A DNA stretch of 64,000 nt, taken from Blastocladiella emersonii ATCC 22665 (taxonomy: Eukaryota; Fungi; Blastocladiomycota). The notes under the pieces are model-generated. The model was given only the letters and a program-made list of their open reading frames with translations, ran no database searches and was not told the DNA's origin. Position numbers and translations under genes: made by a program. How positions within the stretch are numbered: the first letter of the stretch is position 1; every line of letters begins with the position of its first letter. The stretch spans positions 248,001 through 312,000 of the forward strand of contig JANHCV010000003.1 of the NCBI GenBank assembly GCA_025594325.1, given 5' to 3'. This document shows, piece after piece, positions 36,146 to 47,806 of the stretch.

Positions 36146-37267
36146 CTACCCAGAAAATGTGACAGGCAGTAGAACAATCGGAAACGCGGGGAGCACAGCG
36201 GTCCCAAGGGGTCCCGTACACGGGACTGCGTGGGTGCAAGGTGCAGGGCGCAGGCTTGCAAGGTTGAGACCCTCCATGCCAGCAATCGAATCGCAAAGAT
36301 TCTTGTCGTCAAGCAGTTTGGGGATTGCGCGAAGCACTGCGTGAACTCCAGTCACGTCGTTGCGGTACACGAACGCGCGAACTGTGTCACGCATCGACGC
36401 CATCTGGGTCTGAACGGTCCGCTCAAGCTCGGCGCGCGCAGTCCAGTTTTCCGCGACAGCTTCCCAGATCCAGGTTGGGACCTCGCTCGTCCATTGGGGC
36501 ACAAGGTAGTTGACCACGTATCCCGGATCGTGCGAAAGCAAGGTGGTGAAGAGTCCGAAATTGAGCGGACCTGGTGGCGCGGGCGTATCGCGCAGACGGG
36601 TAACCCAATCAAAGATTGCGGCCGTTCGATCCCGTGGAATGGGTACACCGGGATAGCGCCGAACGAGTGCCGCGAGTAGTGTTTCAAGGCGGTCGGCATT
36701 GAATGGCATGGCCTACCACGAGAAAGTGCAGGCGCGCTCGCTCGCGACCGCGCCAAGGAACCGACTCGCCAGGGTTTGGCCAGCGAGATTGGGAGCGTTA
36801 GCTGCAATGCGGGCACCCTCCTGATCAAAGAAATCGAGCGCGCGCACAAAGATGAAGTCGCTCCGTGAGTAAGCAAGGAAGCGCCAGATAAATTTGCGGG
36901 CCATGCTGACATGATAGTATTCGGCGAGGACGCGCGAAATGACGATGAGGCTGACAAGGTACGGATCGATTGGTGACTGCGGGCTGGTCAAGTAGTCAAT
37001 GAGAGGTTCCGACGCGTGCGGGCCTGCAAGCGCTACAGACGCCAAGCTCAGCAGGCTGATATTGAGAGACGATACGAAGCTGCAAAGCCCTGGCCAAGCC
37101 TGTGGCTGCGCAAAGGTGATATCGCTTGCAACTACAGGGCAAACCGTCAGTATGAGTATGATGCGCTGCTTTCCGCGGCATGTCGAGAAAACGTGCCTCG
37201 CGACAAAACCCAGCGGCAATCGTGGTGCTGAGCCCACTCGCGGAAGCTGGCGGCGCCTGAGCCGCAA
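36146..37267 (-). pseudogene. Disrupted coding region, probably the continuation of the 37147-38499 F-box-like gene
   Basis: ORFs 36713-37267 and 36146-36709 are in the same frame, separated only by an in-frame TAG plus one codon (W*AMPF); the frame differs from 37147-38541. Confidence 0.4.
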
Positions 37268-38499
37268 GAGTCCGAAATCATGGCCGCGACGACGGGAACC
37301 CAGTCCGTATCTTTGATGATCCCGATCTCCACAAAGTACGGGACCAGTTGAAGCTGCCCCGCACGGACAAAGTCGAGAACGGCATTCGCAACAAGTGGAA
37401 TCCGCGTGGGTTCAAAGGCAACGTCCTGGCGGTCAAAGTGATCATACACGACCCGGAACAAGTCGGCCTGGCGCGTGTCCGTGATGTAGTTTGCTATAAT
37501 GTTCTGGAAGTGGCGGGAGACCTCCAAGCCCTTGAGGATTTCAAGCACCTGTGGGACCACGTGAACCGCGTCGCTCCGCAACTGCATATTTCCAAGGTAC
37601 ACGTCGCACACTTCAAAGTCGGATGCGAATTGGCGAAACCGCTCCGATCTGGCCTGGTTGTGGTCGATGCAGATCCGAAGGGCCTCGGGGTTCCAGTAGG
37701 TGAGGGACGCGAGCATAAGCGACTCGACAAAGTTCGCTTCGTGATCTTCATCGACGTGCAATTCGGCTGCGCTCAAGCGTTCGCGGGTCGCAGAGTCCTC
37801 GGTGAGCCAGAACCACAACCAAGCCCGCATAGGCGCGCGAATCGAGAGGAGCTCGGGAATGAGTCCGAGGAGACGTTCGAGACACCCCTTCAAATTGTCC
37901 ATGTCGTCGGCGAAGAGGAAGAAGTGAGGGAGCATGAGAAGCTCCGGCGCCGGGCCAAACGTGGCGACAATCCGAGACTCGGGGAATACTTTTGCTATGA
38001 CTCCAGCTCGCCGGTATTCGCGGTAAACGGCCTGGAGATTTTTGATTGGCGCTAAAGCTGCAGGCTTTGGCTGGTAGAGAGCGTCAAGGACTGCGGTCGA
38101 GAAAGGGTGGGAGGTGCGCGCACGGACCACCGCAGGCTCGCCGCCGCCACGAAGGCCGCCAGTGCCGTCCCGCAACTTGCCGGGAAAGAGCGACTTGAGG
38201 TACCAAGCAAAGGGGAGCTGGAGCTGTGCAGAATTCGGATGTTCGGTGTCAAACACGGCGCCGGGTAGACAGTCAAGCTTGTTGCCGTCGATATCGAAGC
38301 ATTGATCCAGGTACTGATCGAATGTTATGGTGTTAACGACTTGCAGCGCCCAAGTGCGGCGGACATGATTCGACGCAACGGCGCTGTAGCTGGCGCGAGA
38401 AGCAGCGGCGAGCTGACGCCGAGCGAGGGCAAGCGCAAACACCGGCTCGAGAATCTCCGGTGGTAGATGAGGTCGATGCATCAAGTTATTGTGCTCCAT
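37147..38499 (-). CDS. F-box-like protein
   Basis: MHRPHLPPEILEPVFALALARRQL is an F-box-like N-terminal motif, followed by helical, degenerate repeat-like sequence; 450+ aa open frame. Confidence 0.5.
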   Translation of the reverse strand: MEHNNLMHRPHLPPEILEPVFALALARRQLAAASRASYSAVASNHVRRTWALQVVNTITFDQYLDQCFDIDGNKLDCLPGAVFDTEHPNSAQLQLPFAWYLKSLFPGKLRDGTGGLRGGGEPAVVRARTSHPFSTAVLDALYQPKPAALAPIKNLQAVYREYRRAGVIAKVFPESRIVATFGPAPELLMLPHFFLFADDMDNLKGCLERLLGLIPELLSIRAPMRAWLWFWLTEDSATRERLSAAELHVDEDHEANFVESLMLASLTYWNPEALRICIDHNQARSERFRQFASDFEVCDVYLGNMQLRSDAVHVVPQVLEILKGLEVSRHFQNIIANYITDTRQADLFRVVYDHFDRQDVAFEPTRIPLVANAVLDFVRAGQLQLVPYFVEIGIIKDTDWVPVVAAMISDSCGSGAASFREWAQHHDCRWVLSRGTFSRHAAESSASYSY

Positions 38500-38684
38500 G
38501 GGTGCCGTGCATTGCATAAAGAGGATCGGTGAGGAGCGCAAGTGTCCCGTCGCGCTCGTTTCAGCGAGGCAGCCGCTTGCGGGACGTCACGATGACCGAG
38601 TGTGAGCGCAGGTGTGAGCGGCGCGACAAAAGGTTCTCTCGCGTCCGCCCTCACACACGCTCTTCGCTCATCAACCTGTCTAAC

Positions 38685-38792
38685 ATGGAGCGCAATATTC
38701 ATGAATCAAACATCATGCAGCGCTTACCGCGACTGCCAATCGAGGTCATCGAGCGAATTCACACTGCCATTCAGTGTCTTTCTACCCGCTAA
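38685..38792 (+). pseudogene. F-box-like fragment
   Basis: MERNIHESNIMQRLPRLPIEVIERIHTAI stops after 35 codons; LPRLPIEVIERI matches the F-box start motif. Confidence 0.35.
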
Positions 38793-38877
38793 ACAACGTC
38801 TCTCGATTGAGCCTTGGAGGCTATCAAATATTTTTTGAGTTGATTGCACGCGAATAATAAGCACAAAGTCTCTCAAC

Positions 38878-41800
38878 CTATCCCTGGACGCCGTTCGGCC
38901 GCGCCGCTTCCGCGCCGTGCGCGTCGACGGCGATGGTCAGTGGCACGGCCGCGGCGACATCGCCGCCCTTGCCGACGGCGAGCGCCGAGAGCGGCGACGC
39001 GACCGAGTCGTCGCGGGGCGTGTAGGTCGGGTTGAACCCGTCGATGGACGTGAGGAAGTAGGTCTTGATCATGCCCTTGCCGGGGATACCCATTTCGCCG
39101 CGCGGCTCGAAGTGGTAGCCACCCATGGCCTCGAGGCGGTCGTACGTGGTCTCGCTGATCTGGATCTTCATGGGCACGCCCGACGACTCCATCTTGCTGG
39201 CGATCGAAATCGTGTCGCCGAACAGGCAGTACCGCGGCATCTTGCGGCCGACGACGCCCGCCACGACGGGGCCCGTGTGGATGCCGATACGCATGCGCAG
39301 CGTCACATCAGGGCGGTGACGGATCTTGATCGAGTTGATGGCCTTGACGAGGTGGATCGCGAGCTTGGCCATCTCGCTCAGGTGCTTGTTGCCTACGCGC
39401 CGCATCAAGAGTCAGTGGACCATCACCGCGCATCGACTTCATGACAGGAAACGCGTACCGTTCGGGCGCGGCACGCCGGACGCGACCATGTACGAGTCGC
39501 CGATCGTCTCGACCTTATACACGTCGTACTGCTCGATGATCTCGTCAAAGGATGAGTACAGGTCGTTGAGCATGTCGACGACGTCGAGCGGGCGCGCCGC
39601 CGACGAGATGGCCGTGAACCCGACGAGATCCGTGTACAGGACCGTGGCGTCCGGGTACGTGGTCGGGACGACCGACTCGCCGCGCATGAGCTGGGCGGCG
39701 ATGGACTCGGGCAGAATCTCCTTGATGAGCGACTGCGACTTGGTGCGCTCCACGTCGAGCAGGTCGATGAGCGCCTTCATTTCTGCCTCCTTCTGCTCCT
39801 GCTTGGCCTTGATGGCGGCCTTCTTGGCGTTCTCCTCGGTCAGGTCGCGCACGATGCCCGTGAACAGGTGGAACTCCTCCTCCTTGACCTCGGAGACGAA
39901 GATGCACGTTGGGAACTCGCTGAAAAGGAAATCGACGTAAGCCGCGTCGGCGAGCAGTGCAGAAAAACGAGTCAGCGTACCTGCCGTCCTTCTTCTTGGC
40001 GTTGATGTACGTCGCCGATCCGATGGCGCGCTTGACTCCCGTGCGCATGTAGTTGCGCAGGAACCCGTCGTGCTGAACGGCGATATGGTGCGGCTGCAGC
40101 ATCTTGATGTTCTGGCCAATGACGTCGGCGGCGGCGTGGCCGAACATGCGCTCGGCGGCGAGGTTGAACCGGATGAGCGTGCCGTCGGGAAGGATGTTGA
40201 TGATGCCGTCAGCGACCGTGTTGAGGACCGAGTTGAGCGTGCGTCGCTCCGTGAGCATCTTGCGCTCCGTGACGCGGATACTCGCGTCCATCTGGTACTC
40301 GCGCTGCTGAGTGGCGAGCAGCTCGTCGTTCGCCGACTCGTGCGACTTGCGCATGCTGCGCATCTCCGTGTCCTGCTGCAGGTCGAGCTCGTCCATGCGC
40401 AGCTTGATGGCGCGCTCGAGCTTGCGCATCTCCTCGGTGCTCTCGCGCCGCACGCGTTTCAGCTCCTCGGCGTGCTGCGCGACCATGGCCTTGAGCTGCT
40501 CAATCAGCCGGTTCAGCTGCTCCTGCGCGCGCGCCTGGTCCTCCATGAGCGTACGCGCGGCGACGTCGCGCGGGTCGCTCGAGACGCCGCCGTCGTCGTC
40601 GCCGCCCGCGTACCGGTTGTTGTCGTCGGGATGGTTCGAGAAGCTGCTGTTGTTGGGGAAGTTGTCGGTGGAGCCGTCGGTCGTGGCCTGGCCCTCGAGC
40701 GCGGCCGAGTCGGCGTCCGAGTTGCTGAGGGAGGACATGGACCCGATGCCGGCCATGCTGGTGACCGAGTAGTCAGTGGTCTCGTCGCCCTGCTCGACAT
40801 TGAGCTCGCGCCACTTTTTCAGGCGGAGCGCCGAGGCGGTGCGCTGCGACCGGAGCGACTGCGCCGTCTGGACCTTGTGGTGCGACTGGAGGGCCTTGAT
40901 GGCGGCCATGTGCTTGATCTCGAGCTGCATGAGCTTGATCTTCTCGCGGGCCTCGTCGATGCGCTCCTTCTCGACCGAGTAGTCGATGCGCAGCTTGGCC
41001 TCGAGCTCGTTGATGAACCGGTGCTGCGTGGCGCGCAGGAAGGCCACCTCCTCGAGCGACTTGGCCTCGGCGTCGAACCGCTCCTTGCGGTGCTTGAGCT
41101 CGAGCTGCTGCAGGTCGTGGAGCTGCTCGGCAACGTGCTTGTCGAGGGCCGACTGGTGGTTCATGCGGTACGCAAAGTCCTTGAACACCTCGGCGCGCAC
41201 GTCCTCGTTGAGGCCGCGGGTCTCGATCTCGAGCAGGGCGCGCTGCTCGCGGATCTTGCGCTCCTGCGACTCCTCGAGCTGGACGCGCTGGCGGTCGTGC
41301 TTGGAGTCGATGTGGATGATGAGGAACTCGAACCGCTTGCGGTGCTGGGCCAGCGTGTTGCGCAGCTGCATGGCCATGTGCTTGGCCTCGTCCTGGTAGC
41401 ACATCTTGGTGTCGCGCGCCTTGGCCTCCTTGTGGATCGTCGCCTGCAGCTTCTTGGTGTGCTTGCGCATCTTGCGCTCCTCGAGCATCGCCTGGTACAC
41501 GTCCTCGGCGCGCTGGAGCTCGTCGGCCTGCCGCTTGAGCAGCTGGTTCACTTCGATTTCGTCCTGCCGAATGAAAAAGGCCTCTTCCTCCTACGGTACT
41601 CGCATCGGATCGCGTCAGTGGAATGCTCGGTGAGCGACCGAGTGCGCGGAGGGACGCACCTTGCGGAACACCTCGTTCTCGGCCTGGCGGATGTGCGTCT
41701 CCATGCGGTCAATGTCTACACGACGGGCACGCGGGTGTCAGTCTCGAACTCGATCCGCTCGCGCGCGAGCACGTACCGAGCCGCAGATTCTCAAAGATGC

Positions 41801-42026
41801 GGCGCAGGATTGTGTCCATGGAGTCGCGCCACGTGGTGACGGGGTCGCCCTGCTCCTCGGCGTTGCGGTACGCGGGCTCCGAGTCGGACACGACCGACGG
41901 CGCCTGGGCAAAGTCGAAGGCGCCGAGGCCGAAGGCGCCGCCGCCGGGCGCGCCATCGGTCGCGACCGACGATGACGACGTGGGGAACCCGACGCCCGAG
42001 CCGCGGCGGACGAACGGACAGGCCAT
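38878..42026 (-). CDS. Coiled-coil - FixL-type PAS - class III guanylate cyclase, multi-exon
   Basis: PAS VLNTVADGIINILPDGTLIRFNLAAERMFGHAAADVIGQNIKML...QHDGFLRNYMRTG...KKKDG|SEFP...FTGIVRDLT; cyclase VLYTDLVGF, YKVETIGDSYMV, MRIGIHTGPVVAGVVGRKMPRYCLFGD (GTP-specifying E and C). Confidence 0.9.
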
Positions 42027-42674
42027 GGTGTGCAAGGTGCAGGGAGAGGAGTGGGTTGCGTTGCGTCAAGTCGCGGCGGCGACGCGGGGTTGCATTCGAG
42101 GCGGGTAGAGAGAGAGCAAAGGTCCGGTGCCGTTACACACTCGCAGCACGTCCTGTCGCCGTGCACACGGTGCGGCGGGTAATCGGGGGCTCGATGTGCT
42201 GCGAGCAGGGTAGCGGGATACATGCAAAGGAGGGCTTTGTAATAGCTCGCGTGGGTTGAAGAGCGGCATCGGGCCTAGCGCGCGGGTTCCCCGATGCCTC
42301 GCACCCGCGGGGGGCGCGCCCCGCGCAGTGCATATCCCTGCCGCCGCCCCTGGCGCGTCTGATTCGCGCTGGCCATCGCCAAGAAGCCTCGTGGGCGAGA
42401 AAGCGGGGCAGCGCGCGGGAGAAACAAGCAAGCATGGCGCGCACGCGGGAGACGGCAGGCGGGCGGAGACGCGTCGCGCCACCGCGAGACGCCGCGTGAG
42501 CGTCACGCCGTGGCGGCCGGTGACATCACATTTTCGGGGACACGGGCCCCAACGCGCGACCGCGTGGCCCCAACCGTGGTGGTCGCTGCCGCCGCGTGGT
42601 CACCGCCGATCCTTCGTCTCCGCGCTCGCCCTCTCCCTCCCGCTGGACCGGATCAGGACCTCCACCACACTACC

Positions 42675-43834
42675 ATGAAGCTCACCTGTGTCAGCCGCAG
42701 CGGCAAGGAGCTCGCCGTGCTCGAGCTCCCGGGCAACGCCAACGCCGTGACCGTCGCCGAGCTCAAGGCCGCGTTCCACGCCACGAGTGCGTTTCCGGCG
42801 CGCGCGTGGGCAGCCGCCTCGCTACGTTGAGCGGGATCACTGACGTCGGATCACGTTTGCGCGGCGTTTAGACAAGAAGGCGACGCCCGACCGCCAGCGC
42901 TGGACGTTCGGTACGGCCTCTCCGCGTCAAACGCGACGGATCACGCGAGTACTGACCTCAGCCCCACAGGCAAGAAGGTGCTCGACGACGACGCCAAGAC
43001 GCTGTGGTCGTACCGCGTCGAGGACGGCGCGACGGTGCAGTTCAAGGACCTGGGCCCGCAGATTGGCTGGCGCACCGTGTTCCTGATCGAGTACCTCGGG
43101 CCCATGCTCATCTACCCGGTCTTCTTCCACTTCGGGCACCTGATCTACGGGCAGGACTTTGAGCACACGCCGACGCAGGGCCTGCTGTACTCGATGCTGA
43201 TGCTGCACTTCTTCAAGCGCGAGCTCGAGACGCTGTTCGTGCACCGCTTCTCGCACGGCACCATGCCGCTGTTCAACGTGTTCAAGAACTCGTTCCACTA
43301 CTGGATCCTCAGCGGCGTGCTCATCGCCTGGCACGTCTTCTCGCCCAACGCCGTCCCCGAGTACTCGGAGGAGTGGCGCGCCGCCTGCATGGCCCTGTTT
43401 GCCGTACGTTTGTCTCGGGCGTTGGACGCGTGGATCGTACTGACCCGGCACCATCTCCCCCAACACAGTTTGGCCAGACGTCCAACTTTTTGACGCACAT
43501 GACGCTGCGCAACCTGCGCCCCGCCGGGTCCAAGGAGCGCAAGATCCCGTACGGCTACGGCTTCTCGCTCGTCTCGTGCCCCAACTACTTTTTCGAGACC
43601 CTGTCGTGGCTCGCTGTGCTGCTGCTGTCGCAGAGCTGGGCCGGTACGCGTTTCTTGCGGTGTTGCCGACCCCCGCACCGACGCTGACCCACATGTGCGA
43701 CCGTAGCCCTGATCTTCTTCGTGTTCGCCGTCGGCCAGATGTTCCTGTGGGCGCAGAAGAAGCACAAGGCGTACCTCAAGGAGTTCAAGGACTACCCGAA
43801 GAACCGCAAGGCCATGTTCCCCTTCATCGCCTAA
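42675..43834 (+). CDS. TSC13: Very-long-chain enoyl-CoA reductase (Tsc13/TECR), multi-exon
   Basis: UBL-like N-terminus, then FKDLGPQIGWRTVFLIEYLGP, HFFKRELETLFVHRFSHGTMP, FKNSFHYW, NFLTHMTLRNLRP, IPYGYGFSLVSCPNYFFE, WAQKKHKAYLKEFKDYPKNRKAMFPF. Confidence 0.93.
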
Positions 43835-44162
43835 GCTGTAGGGGACCGCGGAAGCCGGATCAAGAGCTGTATCAATACACCCACTCCACTCCCACACCCG
43901 ACGTTGACCTAGTGCGGTGCCCACGGGCGTTTGCTCGAAAGCAGGGCCGGCAGGGTAATCGGCTCAGGGTTGAAGTCTATCGGGAGCGCCCACGTCCGAG
44001 TTCCCACTGCCCGAAGCGGAGTGCCGACCCCCGGCTTTCCCTCTCTTCCGCTCTCCCCTCTCCCCTCTCCCTGGATCTGCACCCGACTTCCATGTAACAA
44101 CGCATCATCGTCCTCGACTTGCAGCAAGTTAGCGAATCCAATTGCACAACGCGGATCCCGGA

Positions 44163-45990
44163 ATGGTAGCGTCTTCGCCGTCGTCGGGCTGCTGCATGGG
44201 ACCTGCAGGCTGATGCATGCGCCGTCTGTTGCGAGTAGAGCGATCCAGCACCACCACCAGTACAGACAGCAACAACTACGGCGACGAGGGTGCCCGGGAG
44301 CGGGACCGGCGGTGGCAACGGTGGAGGGGGCGGCGGGGGTGGTCGAGCGAGCAGCGGGTCGTGGACGCTGACGGGAACCGCCGCGACCCTGACCTCGTCC
44401 GCCTCGGCCGGCCCTGCAGCGCCGACGGGTACCGGTACCGATCCACTGTCGAATGGCAGTAGCAGCACGGCCACCGGCTCATCACCACCACAAGCCGCGG
44501 CCACCGACCGGCCCGCCCCTGCCACGGCCACGCGCGCGTGGCCCAACGCCGACCGCGACCGCGACCGCGACGAACTGCTCGACTGCCCAGCGTGGTGGGG
44601 CACGGGCAACGGTCCGGGCTTTGGCGCTGGTGGCGGGACCGGCGCCGGTAGTGGCGACGGCGGGTTCGGGCCCGGGACGGGGACGGGCGGCGGATGGCAC
44701 GGTCGGCGGCTGCCGTTCGACGCGTCGGACCCGTCCACGGCGACCTCGGCGCTGACGAGCCGCGAGTGCATGGGCGTGTCGACCGTCTCCCTCGCGACGA
44801 CGGCGGTGAACCAAGCGCTCGTCGGCGCGCTCCTGCTACAGATGGCGTACGCGGCGTGCGCGGGCGCGCCGCGCGGTCGGATCGGGCTCGCGATGCACAC
44901 GGCGGGCGCGCTGCTGGCGGTGAGCATGTCGCTCGACGCGTGGGCGGTGCCGATTGTTGGGTACGGTCGGCGGCGCGGGCAGAACCTGGTGCGGATGGCC
45001 GTGGCGTGGATGCAGCTCGTGGCGATCGTCCTGATCAGCGGCGTCATGGTGCGGCGGTCGCTGGCGATCCGCGTCGCGATGCCGTTCGCGGTGCTCGCAG
45101 CGCGGGTCCTAACGGGCGCGTTCCTCGTGATTCTGCTCACGGTGCGCGTGCTCGGCACGATGGTCGAGGTGCAGAGCTTCGTCGACGACGTGTCCCCGTT
45201 CGCGCGCGTCGGGTCGCGCCAGGTCCTGCGCACGCTCATCAACTGCGCGTCTGCCGTGTACGTGCTGTACATGGAGACGTTCATCTCGTCGGTCATCTTC
45301 AGCTACCGCGAGGGCCGCCACGGGACCGCCGCGCGGCGCCGCGCGCAACAGCGGCTACGCGCGCAGCAGCAAGCAGGCGGCGATCCGCGGCGGCCACGGC
45401 TCGCGCGCGCCAAGTCGCTCACGCAGCGGGTACGGCGTCGCGCGCGGCGGTGCTGGGCGTCCCCGACGAGCCGGCTGCGGCTGCTGTACTCGGTCGCCAT
45501 CACCTTCTTCTTTCTCCTGCAGGCGGCGCTGCAGCTGCTCAACCTGTACGGGCTGACCTGGTTCACGCCCTTCTACGGGTTTGCCTGGACATTGGTGCTG
45601 GTCCGGCAGTTCGAATTCCGCCTCGAGCTCGAGGAGCAGCCCGCCGCCTACAACCTGCCCAAGATCCCAACCACGGTGCTCGTCGCCGAGACCGCGCCCG
45701 CTGTGGCCCCCGGCCCGCCCGTCGACCCGCTCGCGGTCGCGGCTGCCGCGTCGCGTCGCCGGATCCTCCTGTCGGGCCGGCTCACCGGCACGACGAACAG
45801 TTCGGGGGCGTCGGGCCGCACCACGCCGCACGGGCACCGGCACCCCCCGCCGGTCGGCGGGCTCGGCCAGTTCAACGAGCACCTGATGCGGTCGTCGGGC
45901 ACCGCGACCATCTCGACCATGTCGTCGTCGGCCCACAGCCAGTGCGCGCACGACGAATCGTGCTGCACCGGCACCGGGCGCGCGGCGTGA
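44163..45990 (+). CDS. Orphan 7TM (GPCR-like) protein, paralog 1
   Basis: Seven hydrophobic segments; shares GALLLQ, METF/YxxSVI..YR, RLRxxYS and RxxxFRxE motifs with the two downstream genes. The start is uncertain: ATG 44163 plus a proposed 44166-44238 intron opens the frame into ORF 44290-45990. Confidence 0.6.
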
Positions 45991-46184
45991 GGCGTAAGAT
46001 CATCCATACAAAGAGCTACACCGTTTTGTTGTCCAGCATAGATCGGCGTGTTAGGGTAGAGGCGAGATCGCGGTGTGGCCAGTCCGGTCGGCTTGGCCGG
46101 TCGCGGCGGCTCCCTCCCATTGCCGATCGCCCTCTTCCCTCTCGATCCCTTCTCTCTTCTGCAACGCAAACGGCTCCCTATGCA

Positions 46185-47516
46185 ATGCATCATCCCAAGT
46201 GGCCGACGGCCGCAGTCGACACGGGCGTCGCGGTCGGCGTCGTGGCGAACACGCTGATGCTGGGCGCGCTGCTTCTCCAAGTCGCGAAAGCCGTGTGCGC
46301 GGGCCTGCCGTGGGCCGGCGGACGGCTCGCGCGCGCGATGCTCGCCGCGGCGGGGTTCCAGATCGCCGCGCTCGTCGTGCAGGGCGTAGTCCTGCCGCGG
46401 TTCGCGTCGGGGTCGCCGCGCAACACCATGGCGGCGTCGGTCCAGGCGTGGCTACAGGCGACGGCGGTCCTGATCATGGCGTACATCTGCTACCGGCGCG
46501 CGCTCGCGATCGGCGTCGCGAGGCCGTGGGTGCCGCGTGTTGCCAAGGCGTTGACGGTGACGTTCTGCGCCATCACGCTGTTTGCGCGCGCCGCCAGCTT
46601 CAGCTACGAGCTCGACGCGTTCACGGGCGCGGCCATGCCCGACGCGGCGGCGACGACCACGGTGCTCCGGCTGTGGGCGCGGTTCGTGATCAATATGGCC
46701 GCGCTCGTGTTCCTCGCGTTCATGGAGACGTACGTGACCTCCGTCATCGTACAGTACCGGTACCGCGCGGTCGACGCGGGCGCGGTCCCGTCATCCTCGG
46801 CGGTGGCAACGGGCCGGCGGCGAAAGAAGACCGAGTCGCCGCGCGCGAGGCCGCTGCGCATTTACTCGGCCCGCCTGCGCATCGTGTACTCGGCGGTAAT
46901 CCTGGTCCTGTTCCTCGCGCAGGGCGTGCTGCAGGTCGTCAACCTCGTGGCGCCCGGCGTCCCCTCGCCGCTGTATCTCGTCGGATGGAGCCTCGTGCTC
47001 TACCGCATCCTAATATTCCGTGAAGAGCTCGTGGAGCCCCTCGATATCGGCGCGAGCAACGCGCCGTCGCGGCTGCCGCAGCGTGGTGAGCCGCCGGCAG
47101 CGCGGCCTCACACCATCGAGATGCGCCGGATCCAACAACAGGCCCGCGCGGCGGCGGAACCTGGCGCGTTCCTCACCGACGACTCGGCTGCTGCGACCGT
47201 GCGCGCCGAGGACAACCACCTGCACCTGCTGCCGCCCACGCTGCCGTCCGCGTCGATCGCGTCGGCGGCCGAGGAAGCGCGCCTGCTCGGGACTGCGAAC
47301 CGTCTGTCCGCGCCGACGCAGCAGCGGCCCGTCGCCGCAAGGCCCCTCTCCGCGACTACGGCTGCCCGCAACGCGCGCCTCCTGTCGGGACGGCGGCCGC
47401 CGCCTGCAGCAGACCCGATGGCGGCGACGATCGTCGTCCCGGCGCACCCGGGCCTCGCCACGACCGTGATTGCCCGGTCATCAACGTCGTCGGCGACCGA
47501 CTCGCGCACGGCGTGA
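46185..47516 (+). CDS. Orphan 7TM (GPCR-like) protein, paralog 2, intronless
   Basis: MHHPKW...; seven TM segments (VAVGVVANTLMLGALLLQV; MLAAAGFQIAALVV; WLQATAVLIMAYICYRR; ALTVTFCAITLF; FVINMAALVFLAFMETYV; IVYSAVILVLFLAQGVL; PLYLVGWSLVLYRILIFREE) and a long C-terminal tail. Confidence 0.7.
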   Translation: MHHPKWPTAAVDTGVAVGVVANTLMLGALLLQVAKAVCAGLPWAGGRLARAMLAAAGFQIAALVVQGVVLPRFASGSPRNTMAASVQAWLQATAVLIMAYICYRRALAIGVARPWVPRVAKALTVTFCAITLFARAASFSYELDAFTGAAMPDAAATTTVLRLWARFVINMAALVFLAFMETYVTSVIVQYRYRAVDAGAVPSSSAVATGRRRKKTESPRARPLRIYSARLRIVYSAVILVLFLAQGVLQVVNLVAPGVPSPLYLVGWSLVLYRILIFREELVEPLDIGASNAPSRLPQRGEPPAARPHTIEMRRIQQQARAAAEPGAFLTDDSAAATVRAEDNHLHLLPPTLPSASIASAAEEARLLGTANRLSAPTQQRPVAARPLSATTAARNARLLSGRRPPPAADPMAATIVVPAHPGLATTVIARSSTSSATDSRTA

Positions 47517-47806
47517 GCTCCATTTTTGTATAGATCCCAATCCTATCCTGCCGTGTTCGTTCTGAGGCCCGCGGACACGCGTTCAGGGCGGTGCAGGTCC
47601 CACGTGTGAGTTCCCAGCCTGGTTCCCAGCCGGCTGGGCCGCGTCAGACAGCGCGTCAGATCAGCGCTTCTTCTTCCCTCCCTTTCGCTCTCTCCTCGCC
47701 CCCACATCCATCCCATGTAACTTGCATCCACCACCGCCACCAACTTGCTGCATCCCCTCCGCACACATTGCTCTAGCACCTCTTGCAAACCCCTCGCATC
47801 GCTACC

